Of a DNA stretch of 41,956 nt, positions 24,861-38,115 are shown one piece after another. Position 1 is the first letter of the stretch; each line of letters begins with the position of its first letter. Origin of the DNA: Octopus bimaculoides. Taxonomy: Eukaryota. The notes beneath the pieces were generated by a model. The model saw nothing but the letters and a program-made list of their open reading frames with translations, was not told the origin of the DNA and searched no databases. A program made the position numbers and the translations under genes. Where the stretch lies: assembly GCF_001194135.2 (NCBI RefSeq), contig NC_068985.1, forward strand, positions 56,978,332 through 57,020,287. The letters run 5' to 3'.

Positions 24861-26401
24861 TTCTGCATGTGTAGACAACTCCAGGTATCCTGGACTAGAA
24901 ATGAAACTATATCCGATGGTGAGGCTTCCGCTTATGAGTATCAAACATACGCATTATCAACACGACTATGGATGCTGATATGGTGCGAGATGGCTGTAAG
25001 CTATCAAAAGCCCCAAGTTTACGATAGTTCTGTGACTCAGAAATACAGGACTCAAGTGGTGGCAGACATCTAGACATGTGTTACACAGAAGCTCAGTGTG
25101 GACTTTCTTCAGGTCAAGTGAACCACTTCCTATGCCCGACGGGTTTTAGACCCTGTGTTTCTAAGCCCGGTAGAGCAAGGGATTAGAAGAGTAAATCTTT
25201 CACCTTACATCAATGAGTTGGCATTTCAAGTTTATCAAAGACGTGGAATGTCCTGTATTATCACAGAGAGGGTTCACACAAGTAAAAAAATTTATTCTTC
25301 TCTATTTTTTTAAATTCCTTAGTATTTATTTACCATAATTTTAAGGAAACACACAAAAAGAGCTAAGAAAATAAAATGGAACCATTTAAAATAGAGTATC
25401 GACTGGTAATGTTCACCATGGGCCACTCCGTGAGTTTAGTCCTAAAGTCAGTCCCTGAGTGGATTTCAAAACCTAACACCGCGGAAGCTTAATCTTGCTC
25501 AGAGAAGGAGTAAGTAGGATTGAAGTAGTGGGGTGAAGTTTCTTTTTTTTTTTGCCTTTCTCCCAGCTACCTCAGAGACCTTTACTCAAGTAATGTACCC
25601 TTCCACTTTTGATTTAATTATTAATAAAAGCGCAACTGAAAACAATGTGTTACACAAACGGTAGAAAATGCAGGCATCTGAATAGGACGAAGGAATATAT
25701 TAAAAACGCAGCCATATGACTTCATTAAAAACAAAGAAGAAATAAATAATGAGTAAAGTAATTATAATAATTTTTTTAATACCAAAAAATTTAGATAATA
25801 TGAACATTTCAGATTTTTCATCAAAATACTTCAACATCAATGAGAATTAATTGGAAAAGAAAAACGTTTTGCAGAGTAGTCTAGATTCGTCTAGATTCAT
25901 CTAGATTAATTGATTTCATTTTGAAAATCACAAAAGTTTGTTCCAGGATACAGCCATTCATGTATTTACCTATCCACATGTACGTACAGACTTGTTTATA
26001 CCTAGCTACGTAGCCATCTATCTGTCTCGCTGTGTCTCTCTCCCCTCCCTCTCTCTGTCTTTATATATATATAGGTATGTATGTATATATATGTGTACGT
26101 TTGTGTTTGTGTTTGTGTGTGTGTCTATGTCTATCGGCGTCTGTGTGTATGTATGTATCTATGTTTCTCTTTTTCAGTCTTTCTTTCTGCCTGTGTGCAT
26201 GTGTGCAACTATGTATATGGAGAAAAGATTTTGAATATGCACTTACAATCTCCAAAACAATTAATTACATTTGCTTCACAGGTTTCACAATTTCATAATT
26301 TGCAAATGCACTGCATGATAGAAACAACTTTTTCAATTCAGTTACAACACAACGCCAAGATTATCCATGTTACATGTTTGAGAATCATGAGAATTTGTAG
26401 A

Positions 26402-26663
26402 GGAGATTTCACAAAAACAAAGAAACAAAAGACGGAGACAGGTGGTGTAGAAAACAAACAGAGAGAAAAAAATGGAATGTGTAGTGGCTAGCGATCTATC
26501 ATGGTGTGTTTCTCTCCTTGTTTCTTTCCGTGTTCTTTTCTGTGGAAGAGCGTAGGCTCGAAACGTTAAAGACTTTTTTACTTCCCGAGCGTTATGCTAA
26601 TACATCTGTTTGTTTTCTACACCACCTGTCTACGTCTTTTGTTTCTTTTTTGTGAATTCTCCC
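26402..26663. repeat. Inverted pair of family A pseudo-LTR-like repeats (tails outward)
   Basis: 26402-26462 (ggagatttcacaaaaacaaagaaacaaaagacggagacaggtggtgtagaaaacaaacaga) is the near-perfect reverse complement of 26605-26663. Both arms match 5030-5225. Confidence 0.9.
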
Positions 26664-27546
26664 CATATATTACACGTTCACGTGGTCGCACCAGTTGATC
26701 CCGTCTCCTCTCATCACACACAAACATCTCTACTGGAATTTCTACCTTTCTACACTTCTATGGATTCTCTACTGGATTTTCAACACTTCTCTGGATTCTT
26801 TATTGGACTTTCTAAACTTCAGCTGCACCTCTCCTGCCTATGAATTACACTGGACTCTTCTGTTGATGAGAATTTGAACATGGATATATAACTGTAAATG
26901 TAGCTTCTTAATAATTCCTAAAGAATTTTCACCTTGTCTTCTTTATTCTTGTAATTGTAAGAAAAAAAGTAGCATTGGAATGAAAAACAAGCGTACATTT
27001 AGAATATGTACATTTTTCAGCCAATGAAAAACATTTAAAGATTGTGTTCATAATCCTTTTCTCTCACATGCAGATATTATATTACATACATTAATTTCAT
27101 TATATTAGATCCAATGTGTGTTATGTATTAACTATGCAAATTAATGATAAACTAACAGATGATCAAATAAGCGGATGAATGTACTCACCATGACTTAACC
27201 TGAATTCCTGATTGTTATGTCGGTAAAAATTCTAATACAGATTGTCGGAGAAGGACATCCTTTCTGAAAAGCGATTTCAAGTGAGATTATCTCAACAATT
27301 TTTTGCGTACACCAAAAAGATACAAGGACCACGTTAATATAATTCTGTATCTTTCACAGTAACACTTTCTAGAAGTCATACAAGTTAGCATGTTTCCATT
27401 GATACAGAGATGCATGTCTATATATATACATATATATGTGTGTGTGTTTTGGAAGGTATATGAGCATGTATTCCATTATTTGTCACTCCCAAGTATGTAT
27501 GTGTGCATATACATATATATATACCTATATACATATATGTCTGTAC

Positions 27547-27579
<33 letters not shown>

Positions 27580-28506
27580 TATNNNNNNNNNNNNNNNNNN
27601 NNNNNNNNNNNNNNNNNNNNNNNNNNNNNNNNNNNNNNNNNNNNNNNNNNNNNNNNNNNNNNNNNNNNNNNNNNNNNNNNNNNNNNNNNNNNNNNNNNNN
27701 NNNNNNNNNNNNNNNNNNNNNNNNNNNNNNNNNNNNNNNNNNNNNNNNNNNNNNNNNNNNNNNNNNNNNNNNNNNNNNNNNNNNNNNNNNNNNNNNNNNN
27801 NNNNNNNNNNNNNNNNNNNNNNNNNNNNNNNNNNNNNNNNNNNNNNNNNNNNNNNNNNNNNNNNNNNNNNNNNNNNNNNNNNNNNNNNNNNNNNNNNNNN
27901 NNNNNNNNNNNNNNNNNNNNNNNNNNNNNNNNNNNNNNNNNNNNNNNNNNNNNNNNNNNNNNNNNNNNNNNNNNNNNNNNNNNNNNNNNNNNNNNNNNNN
28001 NNNNNNNNNNNNNNNNNNNNNNNNNNNNNNNNNNNNNNNNNNNNNNNNNNNNNNNNNNNNNNNNNNNNNNNNNNNNNNNNNNNNNNNNNNNNNNNNNNNN
28101 NNNNNNNNNNNNNNNNNNNNNNNNNNNNNNNNNNNNNNNNNNNNNNNNNNNNNNNNNNNNNNNNNNNNNNNNNNNNNNNNNNNNNNNNNNNNNNNNNNNN
28201 NNNNNNNNNNNNNNNNNNNNNNNNNNNNNNNNNNNNNNNNNNNNNNNNNNNNNNNNNNNNNNNNNNNNNNNNNNNNNNNNNNNNNNNNNNNNNNNNNNNN
28301 NNNNNNNNNNNNNNNNNNNNNNNNNNNNNNNNNNNNNNNNNNNNNNNNNNNNNNNNNNNNNNNNNNNNNNNNNNNNNNNNNNNNNNNNNNNNNNNNNNNN
28401 NNNNNNNNNNNNNNNNNNNNNNNNNNNNNNNNNNNNNNNNNNNNNNNNNNNNNNNNNNNNNNNNNNNNNNNNNNNNNNNNNNNNNNNNNNNNNNNNNNNN
28501 NNTATG

Positions 28507-28551
<45 letters not shown>

Positions 28552-31099
28552 TTGTATATACATACATGTAATCGTATCTTTTCCGATAATTACGACGCCA
28601 TTTAATTGTTCGTATATATTCAATTTCTGCAAAAATGTAATGCGCACTCACACATACATATATATGAAAACATGGATCTCTGTATGTATATATATGCATA
28701 TTTACACACATACATGTATACATAGAATCATACAAAACTCATACTCATGCGAACAAATACGAATATATATGTGCATACACACACAAACACACACATACAC
28801 ACACACACACAAACGCACACACACACACAAACACACACACACACACTCACACACACACACAGACACACACAATATATATATATATGCATATATACATCTA
28901 TGTATATATTTTTATATTTACGACTGTATATACATACATGTATGTAGTTTGAAGCAAAGATCATATAATACACGCTATATGCTGTACTGTTTCTGCATAT
29001 TTCTTTATATTCTTTATATTTAACTTCATTTATTTCCCTGTTCAATTCTACTTTCTAAATAAAATATCGTATATACCTTGAATAATTCGATAAGTAGATG
29101 TAGATGTATGCGCGGATAACTATTTTGTTTTTCTGAAATAGTTTTGAGATAATTATCAGTTACGTTAAGAGGAATAGATGGAAATTGTAGGTAATAGTGA
29201 GATATATACATGGGAGAGAGAAAGAGTGCGGAGAAAATGAAAGAATAAAGTGAGTGCGAAGATGGGGAGGGAAAACAAAGAAAAATATAATGGAAAATAT
29301 AATAGGTATTGTCGTGAAATAGAGAGGGTTTGAAAGAAGGACAAGAGGTGAAGAGAGAGTAGAAGGGTAAATGGACGAAAGTGACGGAAGAGAAATAGTG
29401 AGAAATTCAATGAAATAAAGTAAAAGAAAATGTTAGGAGAAATAGGAGTGTGTGGATAGAAGTCATGAGGGAAGAGAGAAAGAGAGGGGAAACAAAAACA
29501 TGTATGGAGTGATAGAATACATAGTTTGATGATGTTGGTCGCGTCGTGATGAAAATGAAATCGTGAATTTAAAGAAAATGGAAAAGAAAGACAAAATCAT
29601 TACTATAAATATCTTTCCTTTTTGATCATGTGACTAATGTTAGGTTTTCTAAGTAGATATCAAAGAGAAAGCAGAAGAAGCACGCTTGCACGTGAATTAA
29701 GTTTGGTGTCTAACAGAGCATAGAATGGCGGAAAATGCCACCATCATTTCGAAAAGCTTTTCTCAGAAGTTATAAAAAAAAAGTAAAAGTATTACATGAG
29801 CATGCTTATGGATCAGCGAATCAAATAAGAGAAGATCAATCTGAATATGATGTAAATATGGTGGATTGTTTCTCCTGTGCTTTACCTTCTGTTAGTTATG
29901 TCTTCCCCTCTTTTACATTATGCAGAGATTTTTGCTTTTTTTTTTTTTGCTATTCTTTGAAAGAATTCATAATACTATCTTTTGAAACGCAAATGCATAA
30001 ACGTTTAAATCGTTTCTGAATGGTCGCAATCAAAGGCCGTGCACGTCGATGGGGGAAAATAAACCCATTTCTGATTACATTATGGGTAGTTCATTGACTT
30101 TGACTATCTAAAATACATAATACATATTATCATCTTATCAGCATTGTCTTGTTGCTTCTGTATATTTGCACTTCTTCATTTACAATCTACTCTTTGTGTG
30201 TGTGTGTGTGTTTGTGTGTGTATACACGCACCAGATTATGAGATTATATATGTACGTGAATGCTTTTAGTTGTTTTCAAAATGTCAGAAAGGTATTACTA
30301 GAGAAACAGTTTCTAACTTTTTTATTGAAGGAGATAATCCAACCACTTGACACAAACCGTTTTGCCTACAACACAAACACACTGATATTCAAATCATATT
30401 ACGTGGGGCCAAGGGTGACTATTATGTACATCTCGCAGTTAGCTTTTATGTATGCCTCACTATATTAAATTTCTATAACATAAAGGTAATTCTGTATCTT
30501 AATATTTCCTTATTGTTATAGTTCTGAAGGTCATAATACTGGAATGAATTAGTATTATATAAGTGATAATCAGATTATCATTTACAAAGAAATGTATGAT
30601 ATTCTAACATTATCATTGGTAATATTATGCACAAACACAGGACGTCAGTTAACGAGATCCTGGATTATACCGGGTCAAATATATGCCCAGCCTCCTCTCA
30701 AATTTATATACTGTCGATTTCGTACTTAAACATTATTCCTACCGTAAGGATAAGTAACACATGACGACAAGTTATCAGTCGTTGTAATTTCGTTGCCGGA
30801 TTTCTTTTTCATCTTTAGAGTTGAAAATATTACAGTATTGGACTTTGCATATCCGTTATATTTGATCAATATAATGTGAAAGAATAAAATAAGAATGATT
30901 CAAGCAGTTATGTTTCTTCTGTAGATATTCATGTTTATGTACCAATGTAAGGCACCAGTTGTATGACATTCAAATTTTCCATGCATCACCACGTTAGAGG
31001 TATAACTCAGCTCAAAACAGATTTCTAGTCTTCACTGCAGCAATTTCAGCATGATTCATCCTTAAGTGACACAGAAATTTGATGAAAATTATACATATT

Positions 31100-31106
31100 A
31101 TATATA

Positions 31107-31204
<98 letters not shown>

Positions 31205-31230
31205 TGTATGTATGTATGTATGTATGTACA
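31100..31230. repeat. Compound (TA)n(TATG)n microsatellite, representative of many TA/CA/TACA tracts (e.g. 14930-15120, 17300-17434, 28500-28940, 38920-39120)
   Basis: Directly visible. Confidence 0.95.
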
Positions 31231-31914
31231 GGCACACACATATGCGCATACATATATATGTGCAAAGAAATACCTCTACCTCTATTAATCAATAATCTTT
31301 GAAGTTGGCTTTAATGTAATAAATATACGTAATTCAGTTAATGCACCGTTTGAACATTTCATCATGAATAAAACGTTCTAATTAGGTCGTATGGATAGTG
31401 AGGTTTCATGATTAAGTTTAAATCTACAATGAGGTTAATCATAGGTGAATAAAATAATATCAGATCAAACTATGAAATGTGTTGCATTCCACGATGGATA
31501 CATTATAAACCTGAGATTTGGAAATATTTAACATTTATCAAGAGATTCTAATTTTTGTTTATGTTGAATCATTTTATGGAGACTTTAGTTAATGGGAATA
31601 GACTTTATAAGCACGAAATATGGTCATTAATTTTTACATCATTATATTTTGTATCAATCTATAAAATGTTGAACAGAGACCCGGAGGTAAACTTTTTTCT
31701 TAGTTGAAGTTAAACATTTAGCTTTTGAATCAATATTATTCCGTCTGGAATCAGACATTTCAGTCTAGCACTAGGTTAATAGAAGAACAACAACTATATA
31801 TAAATTCCTTACTATATAAAATGTTTTGTCGGTGTATAACTATCGACCAGACCATCGAATGCTTCTATACCTCACTTGCCACAATGCGCTTACATTTCTT
31901 GATTGCGTCATTCT

Positions 31915-32735
31915 TTCCATCTTGGCCCAAATAGTTCAACTTAATCGTATTTCCATCGTTGTGGTGTTCTTCCGAGTGGCCTAGCCCGAATTCCTTGAAA
32001 GCACTCGATAAATGTTCAGGCCCACTTATTGTCTGTGAACCTTACAACATGCCTGGATAAACAGTACTTATGCTTTCGGTACACTGCGCTCAAGTCGTTC
32101 TCTCCGCACCGTTCTCTCCGCACCGTTCTTGAATTATCTTATTTTAAATATGCTTACGCAATGATACTCCTAGCATGGATTTATTCATAGTCCGATCCCT
32201 CGTTGCCAGTCGATGTTGTCCCTCTTCCTAGTAGTCTATGTTACACTTGCATGAAAGAACGCAGGGAGTATGTTGCTTTTGAAGAGTCTGATACATATGA
32301 TCTTGTTCAGCTTTGCTTTGAGCACATCCTTTATTGAGGTAAATGCATTTCCATCTTGCCCTTACTCTCTCTAAGCTTTCAGCATCGGCGCCCCGGTGTA
32401 TATTCACTGTGTGCTTAAATAGATACTGCAATACTTCCTTGACTTCTTCGCTCCGTAGTGCTATTCGGCCTTTTATCATGTCTTCAGAGGCAGCTTGTAT
32501 TCTTTTGCGCGTCCTGTAAGCTGTGTTAAAAGGCATATGTGATCGATAGTACTCTAGTTTTTACGGAACATGCTTGCTCCTACAGTTGCTGGGTATTGAG
32601 ATGCTTTGTTCGTCTGTTGACTATGCCTTTTGTAAACATCTTACAGAGGTTAGACGAACAGCAAAATAGTCGACAATTTCAAAATATTCTTTATCAATCT
32701 TCTCCTGAAGCATGAACATATTGGGCTCTTGTTAC
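31915..32735 (-). mobile_element. RTE-clade LINE RT remnant with internal deletion
   Basis: Across frameshifts: NYRPI-like/LYKMFTKGIVNR..EQACFRK..STIDHICLLTQLTGRAKEYKLPL, then directly GRIALRSEEVKEV.. and AFTSIKDVLKAKLNK..LFKSNILPA..SMLGVSLRKHI..HVVRFTDNKW..RPLGRTPQRW. Confidence 0.85.
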
Positions 32736-35250
32736 AGCGAGAGTATTTTACTCTCATTCAGATAGCGAGCGAAGCGTAGAATGGGCATTTTCCACAATTC
32801 TTCAGTCTAGCACCTTATCAAATTTTTTGTTATGTACTCTTCTTCTGACATTTTGCTTGCTTTCATCAGTACGAGGGCGTTTTAATTTTCCCTGATTAGA
32901 ATTGGTGGCACATCTTCCAACAGGTGCAACTGTGCAGGATCTATATTCACAAATGATTTTAATTTTTTTTCTCTCTTTTAAAATATTCTGTTTTGAACAC
33001 CATGATGTTTTATGGGTCAGAAAAAGTTTGCAGTGTTGTTGTAGCTTAGATAAATCTTGCAATTCAAGTTTAGAGTAATTTGAAAAGAAGTATTTCTAAT
33101 AAATACTAAAGTAAGGTAGCATATGGTTATTCAATTACATACCCCATATTTGTATTCAGCTGGAGGACTGTTCGTAACATCAGTGTACGTTTTATTCATT
33201 GTTTCCTATTTTAAAGAGTACTAATTCTCGTCTGAGTATGTGGCAGGTTACCAGAACACATCATTGAAAAACCCAACAAGGCTGAAATGCATATGCCGCT
33301 CCCGCTAACCACGGCGATATTGTGTTTTTAATACAACACGTTCATATGTTTTAATGTATTTTTATTTCGGGAAGAAATATGAGCTAGTGTACTGCCTTAA
33401 ATGATACTATTCTGGAGATACGTAATCTCAACTCCAATACCAGGAAACGTAAGTGGTTCAAGTTTTCCTGAGACAGAGAATGAGGATATTTACAAAGTTC
33501 ATAATCTCTTAAATAGTTCTACTATTTGAAATATCCCTACATCGCTGACAAGGAAGTTCTGTTCATCAGGAAGACCTTATTCATGGTTTAAATTCGTCCT
33601 TCTCCCTTTTCGATTAACAATACTAGATAGGAGTAAAACCCGCTGAGGGAGTCTTCACCTTTCATCTTTTTCGGTTCGCTAGTATAAGTATTATTTGATT
33701 TCGGAGATCAATTTAATCGGCTATCCCACTCTTTTTATCAATGCTGTCCTTGTACAAAAGTTTGAAAGCATTATAAAACGAGTATCAGTGTATTCATACT
33801 TTGCCTTGTATTTTATTGCAAACTACGTCATAGCTTATATATCTGAAGTCGTATTTTTTACTGTTTATCTTTATATTATCTTAACATTTCATCATATTAT
33901 TTTATCATATTTCTGTTATTTTACTTTATCAAATTTTATTATTTCACTTTTTCTTTTAAAACTCTCGAACGTTTGTATTAATTATATCACACACAATTGA
34001 AACTATAACCAGGCGATATTTTCAAATGATTGTTATATTTCAAAGTAGTTAGCATGCGTTTCAATACTCAATGAAAATCTCTAACATTCCTCTTAAATAC
34101 ATTTAGTTATGAACATTTAAATATCTTATGTGATATATATTTACTCGGAAAGCATGTTTTTCCGTAGAAAATACGCTTTAAGTTTCAATTAGAATTTCAA
34201 GGAGGATGGTAGAATATAGTAGATAGCGATTTATTTCAAATCTAAAATTCAACCACAGCGTTTTGTGAAATTATCTACGGTCCATATCATGCAAACTTGC
34301 TGTAGAGAACAAAGAAAGAACTTTTGTGTTGAGTAATATAGTGGCGTCTTTAGAAAATCTTGTCACAATTCTAAAAAATATATTTCAGAAAAATATTTTC
34401 ATCATCGTGAAGAAAAATTACATCAAAACTTTCTGCTGTTTTCATCCATATAATGAAGTATTTTATTAAAAAATATTTTAGAATGACGGTTGGGAGCTTA
34501 GTTTCAAAACTTAACTCTAGCATACATCGTATGTTGTTAGGTAGAAAATAATGTTCGTCAGAAGTCAAGAACTAATAAAAAAAAAATAGAACATTATGAG
34601 AATATAAGATCACAGGAAAATTTCTAGTTAGTACTGACGGATAATTACTTCTTAAAGTATTAATTAGCTTAACTTAATCTTTCCAAGTTAATTAAAATGC
34701 CCAACGATACTTCAGTGATAGAATCGGAGCAATATATCGAGTGTGTATATACACGTGTCAGCTTCAGATTAAATCGCCTTCAGTTGGAAAATTAATAACT
34801 TAGAGCGGATTGTGGAAGGGTGTCCGTCCATCTATTTGTCAGGGTTGTGACATATGAGCGTTGAATAATAGATTAAATAGAGAAGTAAAAGTCGTAAATG
34901 CTATATTTATCTTTCTGGTTGCTTACAACCACTTGCAGTCGAACGAGTAATCCTACAGCATTAAATGACCAATTTTTCGTTTAAGCATGGTCATCGTTTA
35001 ACGAGGTAAATCAGATGTCATTAGAAGAGAAAACTTGAGAGAATACACAATTGTTGCGAAAATAAGTTTAGAATAATATAGAAAGTGAAAATTATACAAC
35101 CATCATATTCATGCATTACATGGATCAGGTTTCCCCCAAGAAATGCAATATTGTGCCGTAACAATGACAACGACAGGTGTCATGTCAGAGTGGTCGAACT
35201 GATATATTGATTTCTAGATCTTACCATCCCATCTTTGTATAATTTCACAT

Positions 35251-36468
35251 TATTCGAGAGGCTACCAAAAGAAACCGGAATTTTGCAGTATTACTTTATT
35301 AAGCTAGTTTTACATGTTTACACTTTTATCGCCTACAAATATTCTCCATTCTCTTTCTTCCTTCACATCTTCGACGTCTTCAAAACGTTTTCCTTCAAGG
35401 ACATTTTGAATTCGAGAAAAATAAAAGCAGTCGCAGGGAACAAGATCGAGTGAATTGTGAGTGTGTGTAAGTGGGGTCATGTCATTTTTAGTCAAAAACT
35501 GTCTCACACTCAAGGTGGTGTGCACCACTCTCCTCTTTGTCACAAGTCGGGGCGTTTTCGTCTCCCTGCGTCTCGCAAATGCTTCAGAACTCTCAAGTAA
35601 AATGTCTGGTTAACAGTTTGACCAGTAGGAACAAATTCTGAGTGGACAATATCTTTCGCATCGATGAAACAAATCAGCATCGTATTGACGCGCTTTTTTT
35701 AGGGGTGGGTGAGTGGTGGTGGTGGTGGGGGTGGCGTGTTGACATTGAATAATTCCATTGATCTGATTGCTGCTTTGTTTCCTGGTCGTAACCGTAGCAC
35801 CACCTTTCGTCACTAGTGTCGACCTTTGAATGAATGTACGGATCAACTTCCAACAGTTCTTATAGTTCATGACACACATTCAGTCTTGACTGCTTTTGAT
35901 CTTCCACTGGCAAGTGAGGCACAAATTTTGCTGCAACACGTTTCATTCGCAATTCCTCGCTCAAAAAATTCGTTGGCAGGAGCTCCAGGATTCACCAGAC
36001 ATATCAACAAGTCCGTCAATTATTCGTCCTCCTAGATCAGGTCATGAATTTTCGTGATGTTTTCATTCGTTCGGAAGGTCGACCGTGGCCATGAACGAGG
36101 TTGGTATTCAAGTGGCGTTTCCCAAAACGTGAAAGCCACTTGCAAACTTGTGTTTTGCTCATGGCAGCGCCCCTGCAAGCTGCTCGAAGCATGGCAACTC
36201 TTTCAGCCGCCGTTTTCGCCGACAGAAAACAGAATTTCACGGAAGCACGCTGTTGCTTTGTTTCAGCCATCGCAAAAATCGACGAACAAGGGAGAAGCAC
36301 TGCAAAACAAAGACGCGCCACGTGATAGTACGACTTCACACGATGACGTCGGTCAGCAGACTGATGACTGAAAGTTGCATCAAGTGACTTCCAGCGGCAG
36401 AAGCCTGAACTAGAGCGTGTTCGTCCCACAGAAAACGCTTCTGGTTACTTTTGGGTACCACTTTTGTA
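35251..36468 (-). mobile_element. Near full-length decayed mariner (DD34D-type) transposon with both TIRs
   Basis: MAETKQQRASVKFCFL..KTAAE..AMSKTQV..W.SRF..GRPS, LRMKRVAAKFVPH, SDERWCYGYDQETKQQS, DLVPCDCFYFSRI..GKRFEDVE. TIRs: ggctaccaaaagaaaccggaa (35260-35280) versus the reverse complement of 36439-36468 (ggtacccaaaagtaaccagaa). About 1.22 kb. Confidence 0.92.
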
Positions 36469-37000
36469 TTCTCCAATGCAGTCATTTTTTTTATTGTTGA
36501 GATTAAGACGGATTTGTGGGAGAATTTAGCTGCCAGTTATAGAATATTGAGTGACTACATAAAGGAGAGTTCATTATACGGTGCCCTCGATTTTTGTGGG
36601 CTAAGTTAATGTAGGTGTGATCCTTCGATTTTGTATTCACATTGGTAATTTATATTTAGCAATAGTTGTTTCAATAAGTTTCGAGGCCCCAAAGATATAA
36701 GCTCCGTTAGGGGCTTCGAAACTTGATGTAGCACGGAATCCGAACCAAACTGTTTTGAATAATACATAAATCCCAACAACTCCCTATAAATGTGCTGAGT
36801 GCCCTTTCTTTCGTTTGTCCAGTAAAATATACACACACACACACACAATCACACACACACACACACACACACACNNNNNNNNNNNNNNNNNNNNNNNNNN
36901 NNNNNNNNNNNNNNNNNNNNNNNNNNNNNNNNNNNNNNNNNNNNNNNNNNNNNNNNNNNNNNNNNNNNNNNNNNNNNNNNNNNNNNNNNNNNNNNNNNNN

Positions 37001-37042
<42 letters not shown>

Positions 37043-37784
37043 TTCAGCTGTGGTTGCCAGAATAAGGAGTTGAAGTCCTGGTTACAATTTCCAAGTTGTA
37101 TAACTCAAACTGTTAACAATAATGTGCTGTTAAACAGCTTTAATATCTGTAGGGAAATATATGGTGGACAAGTATTGGCGGCGATGTTGAAAATCGCGTA
37201 ATGCATTTTGAAAACGAAGAACTGTTGCGTGGTGGCATACGGTAAGTATGAGATACGAGATAAACATGGTGAGGCAGTATTTGGTTGAGAAAGATTCATT
37301 CCTGAAAGCACTACAACCTAAGGTTTACAGGCACGCTTTCTCTTCATTTTTAAACAGTCATCAACGATCTCGCCTTATTTTAGCTACATACTTTGAAACC
37401 ACGTCTAATCCTCTCCCTTCATGCAGAACCGACGAAAGTCATATTCTTGTCTGTTCTGTCCATTCCACTCACACATCACTCCTATTTTCTCCTTGGATTT
37501 CCACTCCCTTAAAAATGTTCCTTACCCACGTGTAATTACTAATGTTTAAAAAAGAATACCAACTAAGAGATTCATCTCAATATGGAAAGGTACCTTAAGC
37601 TATGGCTACTTGCACCGTCAATTTACCAGGCAAGCCATTACAAGAATGAACGACTACTGCTATCTATGAGTTCTTGTTAATTCCAGCTAATTAACACTTA
37701 GGAGGATATTTAAAATCATTTATGGTATCTATTTTCTTATTAATGAAAGAAAATATCAATGAGTTCCTCATTTTTATGAGTAGG

Positions 37785-38115
37785 CGTCGGTCTGTTGTAA
37801 GACATTTGCTTCCCAAGCACATGGTTCCGGGTTCAGTTACATTGCGTGTGGATTTCGTAAACGGAAACTGGAAGAAGACCGTCGTATATATAATATGTGT
37901 GTGTGTCTGTGACTGCGTTTGTCCCTGCTCCATCGCTTGACAATCGGTCTTGATCTGTTTACGTCTCTGTAACTTAGCGGTTCGACAAAAGAGACGGATA
38001 GAATTAGTACCAAGCCTTAAAAACTAAGTACTGGGGTCAAGTCGTCCCACTAAAATTCTTCAAAGCGGTGCACCAGCATGTCTGCAGACTAAAGACAGAA
38101 ACAAGTAAATGATAA
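37785..38115 (+). mobile_element. SINE family C, near full-length copy with short internal microsatellite
   Basis: cacatggttccgggttcag head, aaacggaaactggaagaag, short TA/TG tract, then catcgcttgacaa..gtaacttagcggttcg..ttcaaagcggtgcaccagcatg tail. Confidence 0.8.

Noticed and set aside
26735-26870. Repeat array superficially like CRISPR
   Set aside because: Eukaryotic context, degenerate adjacent units, no unique spacers and no cas genes.
27189-27263. Minus-strand candidate exon (ttttcag|...ATG|gtgagt)
   Set aside because: Stops in all three frames. It could only be a UTR exon and there is no other support.
29726-30019. ATGGCG start context and 94-aa ORF
   Set aside because: The ATGGCG frame closes after 16 codons, and the longer ORF runs through poly-A/T tracts with no recognisable domain.
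32228-32536. ORF resembling a Gypsy integrase H2C2 region
   Set aside because: Adjacent frames give unambiguous RTE motifs (AFTSIKDVLKAKL, EYKLPL), so it is a frameshifted RTE chimera.
33388-33454. 61-nt plus-strand candidate exon ending at AC|GTAAGT
   Set aside because: Weak acceptor, unrecognisable peptide (CTALNDTILEIRNLNSNTRK) and no partner exons identified.
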